Of a DNA stretch of 51,470 bases, positions 45,301 through 51,470 are shown one piece after another. This DNA comes from Oscillospiraceae bacterium (lineage in GTDB: Bacteria > Bacillota > Clostridia > Oscillospirales > JAGBHD01): positions 1-51,470 of the forward strand of contig JAZNVP010000069.1 in the NCBI GenBank assembly GCA_045592865.1, read 5' to 3'. The position numbers and the translations under genes are program-made. Within the stretch, counting starts at the first letter, position 1. Each line of letters begins with the position of its first letter. The notes below the pieces were generated by a model that saw nothing but the letters and a program-made list of their open reading frames with translations, did no database searches and was not told where the DNA came from.

Positions 45301-46322
45301 TATAGATACTTTTCCATCTTTTTTAATAGGTTTTCAGCGTAGCAGGTAAAACCTTTGTCATTCGGGTGGAGAACCAGATCTCCGAATAAATTCTCGTCGC
45401 ACGGGAAAAGGTCATATCCTGAAATTAAGATAACATTGGGGATTTTGGCAACTATCTCGGCAATAATCGGCTCCACGTCGGAATGTTTTCCGAAAATATC
45501 GTTGCAGATGGAGTCTTTTCTCGGGATTGGTGTAATAGCAAATATCGGAGTTTCGGGGTAAAGTTTTCTTAAATTCTCGTAGAAGTTTTTGCAGTTTTCT
45601 CTGAACTCTTGCTTGGTTTTATGAGAAAAGTCGTTAGTTCCGTAAGCCACGGTGATAAGGTCGGGGGTAAATTCGTCCTTTAATTTAGCAAGGTCGGGGC
45701 AGAAAACTTCTCCGCCGATAGCCTTGTTATAAAGCTCTGCGCCGATGCGGTCGGCAAGTTTTTGAACGTAACCGGCTGAGGTGTAAAGAGAATCGTAACC
45801 GTGGGTTATAGAGTCGCCGAATGCGAGAAGACTTCTGTTTTTCTTAAGAGGTGTAAAATAAGCGCCGTCGTCAAGTGAAAGCTCGGAAAGGGAGAGAGAT
45901 GCCGACCAGGGAAGATAAATTTCCACCACTTTGTCGCCTTCGCCTAAGTCGGTTTCTTTACTAAAGGACCCTGCGGGAAGAGCCATTATGTGATAGGGGT
46001 TCTCAATGTGAAGTCCCTCGTATTTGTTAATGCTATCCACCATTTTCCCGTTAACGAAAACGTCGGCAGAATAGTATTTCCTGGAAGACTTAAAAACGAT
46101 CTCACCTGCAAGTTTAAGGCTTTTGCTGTTAGTCTTAAAGTAAAGGCGAATACCCGCGGTGGCAAACGTCTTTTCATAAAAATCACTTTGTGTTTTCAGA
46201 TAATAGGCTTCCTGTTCTTTTGTGAATCGGTGAAAAGATATTTTTCCGTCTGTTTCTTCGGTATAGGCCGCGCCAAGAACTGCGGCAGAAATATCTTTGT
46301 ATCCAAGTTTCAAAACGAGCAC
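45300..46322 (-). CDS. SGNH/GDSL-type hydrolase with an N-terminal beta-rich domain
   Basis: Block I is LLAFGDSITHG, block III is AYGTNDF, and the C-terminal block is DLVLHPNDKG (DxxH). Confidence 0.75.
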   Translation of the reverse strand: MLVLKLGYKDISAAVLGAAYTEETDGKISFHRFTKEQEAYYLKTQSDFYEKTFATAGIRLYFKTNSKSLKLAGEIVFKSSRKYYSADVFVNGKMVDSINKYEGLHIENPYHIMALPAGSFSKETDLGEGDKVVEIYLPWSASLSLSELSLDDGAYFTPLKKNRSLLAFGDSITHGYDSLYTSAGYVQKLADRIGAELYNKAIGGEVFCPDLAKLKDEFTPDLITVAYGTNDFSHKTKQEFRENCKNFYENLRKLYPETPIFAITPIPRKDSICNDIFGKHSDVEPIIAEIVAKIPNVILISGYDLFPCDENLFGDLVLHPNDKGFTCYAENLLKKMEKYL

Positions 46323-46407
46323 CCCCTAATTTTTTCACAAACCAATAATACCACAGAGAAAAAGCGGTTTCAATAGGATTTCCTTTGCTTTTTTTGGAGA
46401 TTGTGAT

Positions 46408-47322
46408 ATGATATTAAAAAATACTGATAGGGAGTGCCCGAGAATGTATGAACTGATAAAGGTAACCGAGAAATGCTTTTACGTAAACTGCCCTGCAAAA
46501 ATTGGAATTGTTAAAATCTCAGATGATGAGGTAATGCTTATTGACAGCGGAAACGATAAGGACGCAGGCAAAAAGGTTTTAAAGATATTAAATGAAAACT
46601 CTTTGAAACTTAAAATGATTGTTAACACCCATTCCCACGCAGACCATATCGGCGGCAACAGATATCTTTCAGAGCAAACGGGTTGCAAAGTTTATGCTCC
46701 TGAAAAAGAGTGCCCGTTTATAGAAAACACCCTATTAGAGCCGTCTTTTTTGTTCGGAGCATATCCAATGAAAGCGCTTAGAGGTAAATTCCTTATGGCA
46801 AAAGAAACGGAAGCCGAGCCTTTGAGTGAAGGCGTTTTGCCCGAAGGCTTCGAGATAATAAACCTTGCGGGACATTCCTATTCTATGGTGGGAATAAAAA
46901 CTCCCGATAACGTGTTTTATATTGGCGATTGTCTTTCAGCAAAGGAGACCCTCGATAAGTATAAAATCGTGTTCCTTTATGACGTAGAACAGTATATAAA
47001 CACCCTTGAAACCGTTAAGGGAATGACTGCAAAAATGTTTATCCCGTCGCATGCAGCGGCATCAGAAGACATATCGCTTCTTGCCGAATATAACGTAGAG
47101 AAAGTGAAAGAAATAGCCGATAAAATTAAGGAAATTTGCTCTGTTCCAACCGGTTTTGAAGACCTGTTAAAACAGATTTTCGATGAATACGCTCTTATAA
47201 TGACAGCCGAGCAGTATGTCCTTGTTGGGAGCACGGTAAGGTCTTACCTCTCGTATCTTTATGACCGCGGAGAAATAACGATAAAAATAGAAAACAACAA
47301 ATTTTTGTGGGAAACAGTGTAA
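46408..47322 (+). CDS. MBL-fold metallo-hydrolase
   Basis: HSHADHIGG zinc motif. An alternative start is ATG 46444. Confidence 0.8.
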   Translation: MILKNTDRECPRMYELIKVTEKCFYVNCPAKIGIVKISDDEVMLIDSGNDKDAGKKVLKILNENSLKLKMIVNTHSHADHIGGNRYLSEQTGCKVYAPEKECPFIENTLLEPSFLFGAYPMKALRGKFLMAKETEAEPLSEGVLPEGFEIINLAGHSYSMVGIKTPDNVFYIGDCLSAKETLDKYKIVFLYDVEQYINTLETVKGMTAKMFIPSHAAASEDISLLAEYNVEKVKEIADKIKEICSVPTGFEDLLKQIFDEYALIMTAEQYVLVGSTVRSYLSYLYDRGEITIKIENNKFLWETV

Positions 47323-47324
47323 GA

Positions 47325-47356
47325 AGAAAGCAGATGCTAAATAGCATCTGCTTTCT
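47325..47356. terminator. Bidirectional intrinsic terminator
   Basis: AGAAAGCAGATGCT-AAAT-AGCATCTGCTTTCT. Confidence 0.85.
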
Positions 47357-47360
47357 TAGT

Positions 47361-47975
47361 TTATTTAAATTTTCCGCAGTTTTTGTCAAAAGAGGGGTTA
47401 CAAGCATAGTAGTTTTTGCTGTTTAATTTCTCGGTGGTGTTTCTGAGCGCTTCACCGAAACGCTGGTAATGAACGACCTCGCGCTGACGCAGGAACTTGA
47501 TGGGGTCGCGAACGTCGGGGTCGTCGCAAAGGCGCAGAATATTATCGTAGGTGGTTCTTGCCTTCTGCTCTGCCGCAAGGTCTTCGTGAAGGTCGGTTAT
47601 CGGGTCGCCTTTGCTCTGGAAATAAGCCGCAGTGAAGGGTGCGCCCGAAGCGGCGACGGGATAGATACCTGTGGTGTGGTCTACGAAATAGGTGTCAAAT
47701 CCACTCTTCTTAATCTCGTCAATGGAGAGGTTTTTGGTAAGCTGATAAAGTATAGCCGAAACCATCTCAATGTGCCCGAGTTCTTCGGTAGCAATATCCG
47801 TAAGGAGCCCTTTTACCTCGCCTGTTGGCGCGGTGTAGCGCTGACTTAAATAACGGAGCGAAGCGGCGGTTTCACCGTCGGGGCCGCCAAGCTGTGAAAT
47901 TATAACCTGAGCCAACTTCGGATTAGGATTTTTTATTTTAACAGGATACTGTAATTTTTTCTCATATACCCACAT
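47361..47975 (-). CDS. cotJC: Manganese catalase-family spore coat protein CotJC
   Basis: MWVYEKKLQYPVKI, LGGPDGETAASLRYLSQRY and EELGHIEMV. The ATG overlaps the cotJB stop (TAATG). Confidence 0.9.
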   Translation of the reverse strand: MWVYEKKLQYPVKIKNPNPKLAQVIISQLGGPDGETAASLRYLSQRYTAPTGEVKGLLTDIATEELGHIEMVSAILYQLTKNLSIDEIKKSGFDTYFVDHTTGIYPVAASGAPFTAAYFQSKGDPITDLHEDLAAEQKARTTYDNILRLCDDPDVRDPIKFLRQREVVHYQRFGEALRNTTEKLNSKNYYACNPSFDKNCGKFK

Positions 47976-48214
47976 TATGCTTCTACCTCCCAAGGCCAAG
48001 GATTATCCACATAGGTGAAACGGTCGGTGTAGTTTTTATAACCTGTGGCGGTTATGGGACCGTATTTTTCTTCATAATCGCGAACCGCGTCTTTTCTGAG
48101 TTCGCGGTATTTGTTTAAATATCTGATAGCTTCGGTGTTATTGGGGTGGTTATCTAAAAATTCGTTTGTTTCTGTTAACACGAAGTCGCAAACCTGAATT
48201 CTTTTTAAGAGCAT
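47975..48214 (-). CDS. cotJB: Spore coat protein CotJB
   Basis: MLLKRIQVCDFVLTETNEFLDNHP...NPWPWE, typical of CotJB. An alternative GTG start lies at 48229. Confidence 0.82.
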   Translation of the reverse strand: MLLKRIQVCDFVLTETNEFLDNHPNNTEAIRYLNKYRELRKDAVRDYEEKYGPITATGYKNYTDRFTYVDNPWPWEVEA

Positions 48215-48221
48215 CTGTCTG

Positions 48222-48419
48222 TTAGTCACAGGCGCCACCTCCCAAAAAGGGTTTATCGAGTTGTTCGAAGATGGTTCCTCTCGAAAAGCCGAGGTCCGAG
48301 TCGTATATCTTCTGCCATTTTTGCATCTCAACGTATGCCATAACGGGAAGGCCGGTGTTTCCGTAACGGTTTTCGGAAAGGTTGGCTTTCGTGTAGAACA
48401 CAGAATAATCGTTCTGCAA
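48222..48419 (-). CDS. cotJA: Spore coat-associated protein CotJA
   Basis: MAYVEMQKWQKIYD...GTIFEQLDKPF core. The TTG at 48419 lies 7 nt after AAAGGAGA. The longer ORF reaching 48497 would begin inside a terminator T-run. Confidence 0.72.
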   Translation of the reverse strand: MQNDYSVFYTKANLSENRYGNTGLPVMAYVEMQKWQKIYDSDLGFSRGTIFEQLDKPFLGGGACD

Positions 48420-48487
48420 AGAGAATTCTCCTTTCGTTTTTGTGGCAGCCTTCCCTATATTATATGTCCATTCTTGGTTTGCGGTGC

Positions 48488-48519
48488 AAAAAAACAAGCA
48501 GTTCCAATTAAGGAACTGC
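48488..48519 (-). terminator. Intrinsic terminator of the SLOG gene
   Basis: On the minus strand: GCAGTTCC-TTAATT-GGAACTGC followed by TTGTTTTTTT. Confidence 0.8.
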
Positions 48520-48524
48520 TCTCT

Positions 48525-49013
48525 TTATCGTTTGGTGGAGTAATATTCAATCGGAAGCTTCAGTATGTTTTTCTCTTGCTTTAAGGCATACCTATATGTT
48601 TTATATGCGCCACCGAAATCTCGCTCCAAATAAAACACGACTAAATCACTGCGGTCAACCATATCCTGATTACGTTTTTGAATTACTGATTTGTAATGAA
48701 CTCTATCAGCGTTCGTATAAATATCTACCAAATCATAGTATTCGTAAAAGGCTTCAATGTTATCCCGATACTCTTTAGTTGAGTAAGGAAGCATAAGGAT
48801 ATGACTGCAGTTTTCTTCGCCACAATCTTTTTTTACTCTTATTATTGTCGATGAAACAATCTGGTCAAAATCTCCGTTTCTGCCAACCAAAAAATCAACG
48901 TATTCCTTTGAATAGAAAAGCTCTTGAATTAGATTTTCGACCTGTTCTTCAGCAAGAAAAAAGTTACTGACCTCTCTGTGCCCGAAAAAACTAACGGTGT
49001 AGATGTTAAGCAT
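48525..49013 (-). CDS. SLOG-superfamily protein (YpsA/DUF1273-like)
   Basis: ATG at 49013 after AAGGGGTG. VSFFGHREV..., DFLVGRNGDFDQIVSS, ILMLPY and DRSDLVVFY parallel the YpsA blocks ITGYKPFE, ILISGQLGVELWAAE, VITPF and DKSDGLLLLY. Confidence 0.6.
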   Translation of the reverse strand: MLNIYTVSFFGHREVSNFFLAEEQVENLIQELFYSKEYVDFLVGRNGDFDQIVSSTIIRVKKDCGEENCSHILMLPYSTKEYRDNIEAFYEYYDLVDIYTNADRVHYKSVIQKRNQDMVDRSDLVVFYLERDFGGAYKTYRYALKQEKNILKLPIEYYSTKR

Positions 49014-49090
49014 ATAATCACCCCTTAAACACACTAAAAGCACAAAATTTATTAATATAATATTTATAGTATATATTAACGGGTTAAAAT

Positions 49091-49140
49091 TATCAATAGT
49101 CTATAGAATAATGAAAATAATATCAATAGACTCTATTATA
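49091..49140 (+). promoter_or_regulatory. Operator-like repeats in the divergent SLOG / XRE intergenic region
   Basis: TATCAATAG occurs at 49091-49099 and 49121-49129. Each copy is followed by a short palindrome (ATAGTCTAT / ATAGACTCTAT). Confidence 0.45.
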
Positions 49141-49151
49141 GAGGTGATAAT

Positions 49152-49490
49152 ATGAGTAGTTTAGCAAAAATAGTTGGTCAGCGAATCCGTTACTATAGAA
49201 CACAACTTGGTTTAAGTCAGGAAAAATTGGCAGAATTATCGGATTATCACCCAACTTATATCGGTCAGTTGGAGCGAGGTGAAAAGAACGCTACTTTAGA
49301 GAGTATAAATAGAGTAGCGATCGCGTTAAATATATCTTTATCAAGGCTTTTTGAGAATTTAGGCGGCGAAAACTCAACAGAAAAGGATATTCCTTTGGAA
49401 TGTTATGAATTTTTATTATCCAAAAGCAAGGAGCAGCAACTACAGTTGTTTAAAATACTGAAAGAGATGGATAAATATAAAGGAAACTAG
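49152..49490 (+). CDS. XRE-family helix-turn-helix transcriptional regulator
   Basis: IVGQRIRYYRTQLGLSQEKLAELSDYHPTYIGQLERGEKNATLESINRVAIAL. RBS GAGGTGA. Confidence 0.85.
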   Translation: MSSLAKIVGQRIRYYRTQLGLSQEKLAELSDYHPTYIGQLERGEKNATLESINRVAIALNISLSRLFENLGGENSTEKDIPLECYEFLLSKSKEQQLQLFKILKEMDKYKGN

Positions 49491-49511
49491 TGAAATTGTG
49501 AGGAATTCACG

Positions 49512-49787
49512 ATGAGCAAACATATTGATTTTAAGAATAGAGATAGATTTATTCAGTTAGGCATAGCCATAGCAGCGTTACGGAAGATGCGCGGAATGTC
49601 GCAAGAGCAACTTGCAGAGAAATCAAATGTAAGCCGTTCGCATATAAGCGCTATAGAGGCGCCCGGTTTGGTTCGACCATTTTCGTTAGATGTGTTTTTC
49701 AACATTGCAGATGCCTTGGAAATCGACCCAGCTGATTTAATTAACGCGGCTGTGTTTCCTGACAAAATATTGAGAAATAAGAATTAA
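49512..49787 (+). CDS. XRE-family helix-turn-helix transcriptional regulator
   Basis: IAALRKMRGMSQEQLAEKSNVSRSHISAIE. 91 aa, lying 21 nt after the previous XRE gene. Confidence 0.8.
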   Translation: MSKHIDFKNRDRFIQLGIAIAALRKMRGMSQEQLAEKSNVSRSHISAIEAPGLVRPFSLDVFFNIADALEIDPADLINAAVFPDKILRNKN

Positions 49788-49818
49788 AAAAACTCACTGC
49801 ATTGCAGTGAGTTTTTTT
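49786..49818. terminator. Bidirectional intrinsic terminator
   Basis: AAAAAACTCACTGCA-TTGCAGTGAGTTTTTTT. Confidence 0.85.
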
Positions 49819-49831
49819 AATTTATTGTTTT

Positions 49832-50470
49832 TCACTCAAAATCTTTTCCGTCTTTTTTGAAAACGGCGGTTCTTGTTATGCGGATGTAAACGTCTCTTTT
49901 TGAAAACTCAGAAAACGCCCGTGCGATAAGCTCGGGGTTTATCATATGGGTCTCGATTGCCGAAAGTGTTACCGAAAGGAGCGGCTTCCCGTTCGTTTCT
50001 TTAAGGGAAATATCCCTCATTTCTTTTTTAAGGTCAACGAAGTATTCCTGCCTTTTGGTCTTTTTGAGCGCCATTATTTCGTTCTCGTTTAAAAAAGCCT
50101 CAACCTCGCACATTTCGGTTTCCTCGAAAAGAAGCTCGTATCTGCAAGAGTCTATTTCCACCGGCTTATTAACGGGCGCGGCGGCGGAAAGAATTTCAAA
50201 GCCTTTCGGGAGAACTGCGTTAAGACGCTCCACGATCTCCTTATAGTCCATCGGCTCATAAATCTTTAAATCAACATATTCCGAAACGCTCTCGCTTCCC
50301 AAAGAAAGAGGAAGAAGAAAGTGCAGATAAATATGCGGGTTAAAGCCCTCGGTTACCCATATCGGAACGCCGCTTCGTTTAAAGGAACGTTGGAAAAATC
50401 TGTTGAGATCCAGGTGGGAGATATATTTTGCCGCACCTGTTTTAGAGAATTTAATTCTTATGTTTTCCAC
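49832..50470 (-). CDS. TIGR03936-family radical SAM-associated protein (DUF2344)
   Basis: IRIKFSKTGAAKYISHLDLNRFFQRSFKRSGVPIWVTEGFNPH is characteristic of the family. It overlaps the upstream radical SAM gene by 20 nt. Confidence 0.85.
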   Translation of the reverse strand: MENIRIKFSKTGAAKYISHLDLNRFFQRSFKRSGVPIWVTEGFNPHIYLHFLLPLSLGSESVSEYVDLKIYEPMDYKEIVERLNAVLPKGFEILSAAAPVNKPVEIDSCRYELLFEETEMCEVEAFLNENEIMALKKTKRQEYFVDLKKEMRDISLKETNGKPLLSVTLSAIETHMINPELIARAFSEFSKRDVYIRITRTAVFKKDGKDFE

Positions 50471-51470
50471 AGATCTTGTCCCCCTTTACCACGGCCGCAC
50501 CGCAACCTGCGCAACCGTCAAAACAGCTGTCGGTTACAGTGGCGGCGTGCGCCTTTTTGTTCTCGCAAAGGAGAAACTTTTTGGATACCATATAGTCAAG
50601 GTGATCCCAAGGGAAAACCTCATCGTCTTCGCGTTTTCTTGAAGCATAGAAATAAGGATCAATACCGCATTCGCGGAACGCTTCAAAATAGAGTTCGGGG
50701 TTGAAGAACTCTTCCCAACCATCGAGGAAACAACCCTTCTGCCAAGCAGTGTAGAGCACCTTACCGAGTCTTCTGTCGCCACGCGCGAGAACCGCTTCAA
50801 TAAGGCTTGTTTCCGACTGATGCCAACTGACCCTTATCTTTCTCGTCTTAACGTGCTCCATTAAAAGTTTCTGTTTGCGGAGAATTTCTTCCTTTCGGTC
50901 CTGCGGTTCCCACTGAAACGGTGTGAACGGTTTGGGAACGAAGGTCGCAAGAGAAACCGAAACCTCAACCCCTCTGCCTTTTGGTTTGTTAGGGTTCTGA
51001 TAGAAAAGATCAACAACCTTCTGCGCAAGTTCGGCGATAGCGATTATGTCTTCGTCTCTTTCGTCGGGAAGGCCCATCATAAAGTAAAGTTTAATGCTTG
51101 TATACCCGCCCATAAACGCAACGGTGCAGGTCTTCATAATATCCTCTTCGGTAACGTTCTTGTTGATAACGTCTCTGAGTCTTTGGCTTCCTGCCTCGGG
51201 GGCAAAGGTTAAAGAACTTTTGCGAACCTTTAAAAGCCTCTCCATAAGCTCTTTCGGGAAATTGTCAATTCTAAGCGATGGCAAAGAAAGACTGATGTTA
51301 TTCTTTTCGGTGAACTCTAAAAGATCATCGAGAAGCTGTTCGATCTCCTTATAGTCGCTTGAAGAAAGGGAACAGAGCGAGATCTCGTCGTAACCCGTGT
51401 TTTCGCATATCTTCTTGGCGTTATCTACTAAAACGCCGCGGTCCTTAAATCTTAGCGGACGATAAATATA
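50451..51470 (-). CDS. TIGR03960-family B12-binding-domain radical SAM protein, C-terminal part (5' end outside the window)
   Basis: The frame stays open to the window edge: ...ISLCSLSSSDYKEIEQLL...SLSLPSLRIDNFP...KSSLTFAPEAGSQRLRDVINK... Confidence 0.85.
   Translation of the reverse strand, partial: YIYRPLRFKDRGVLVDNAKKICENTGYDEISLCSLSSSDYKEIEQLLDDLLEFTEKNNISLSLPSLRIDNFPKELMERLLKVRKSSLTFAPEAGSQRLRDVINKNVTEEDIMKTCTVAFMGGYTSIKLYFMMGLPDERDEDIIAIAELAQKVVDLFYQNPNKPKGRGVEVSVSLATFVPKPFTPFQWEPQDRKEEILRKQKLLMEHVKTRKIRVSWHQSETSLIEAVLARGDRRLGKVLYTAWQKGCFLDGWEEFFNPELYFEAFRECGIDPYFYASRKREDDEVFPWDHLDYMVSKKFLLCENKKAHAATVTDSCFDGCAGCGAAVVKGDKICGKHKN

Noticed and set aside
48003-48011. Perfect DnaA box TTATCCACA.
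   Set aside because: It is a single copy inside the cotJB coding sequence. There is no cluster, no AT-rich unwinding element and no dnaA or dnaN nearby, so it is not an origin.
48419-48497. Longer CotJA N-terminus (the 91-aa ORF starting at TTG 48497).
   Set aside because: That start codon lies in the T-run of the SLOG gene terminator. A TTG with a good AAAGGAGA RBS at 48419 gives a CotJA of typical size.

Overview
This 51.5-kb window is a chromosomal segment from a spore-forming Firmicute, probably a Clostridia-type organism. The taxon call rests on Gram-positive and clostridial signals: an hrcA-grpE-dnaK-dnaJ operon with a perfect CIRCE operator, a T-box leader before alaS, cotJABC, RqcH, QueH, PduL, TrmK-NIF3 and YajC. 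About 90 percent of the window is tightly packed housekeeping DNA. Hand counts of sample 60-nt lines in this part give roughly 55-63 percent GC. It encodes PFL and its activase, a cyclophilin lipoprotein, a fused MacB-type ABC transporter, udg-xer-maf, azlCD, rsmG, a ParB/Noc-like protein, a PBP, alaS, comEC-holA, GTP-PEPCK, one tRNA(CAU), MATE and EamA transporters, several hydrolases, and a radical SAM TIGR03960/TIGR03936 pair that is truncated at the right edge. Three short AT-rich islets interrupt this backbone, with sample lines at about 27-35 percent GC. Islet 1 (7.47-9.24 kb) holds two barstar-like immunity genes with junction remnants, two XRE regulators and a DUF2493/SLOG gene. Islet 2 (20.9-22.5 kb) holds an RHS/YD-core fragment, a duplicated 73-nt module, a lipoprotein gene and a 2-TM protein gene. 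Islet 3 (48.5-49.8 kb) holds a YpsA-like SLOG gene facing two XRE genes, which mirrors the layout of islet 1. The most unusual single observation is that pyruvate formate-lyase is cleanly split. An insert of about 113 nt supplies a stop codon, a Shine-Dalgarno sequence and a start codon, giving a 704-aa body and a separately initiated 80-aa glycyl-radical peptide. Two intergenic repeat arrays are not explained by any annotated feature: an AGTGATATT 9-mer array at 42.47-42.59 kb, and an array of alternating heptamers and GC hairpins after the tRNA. I found no CRISPR array, rRNA, transposase or intact prophage. All functional calls come from motif and family recognition by eye, and no database search was run.
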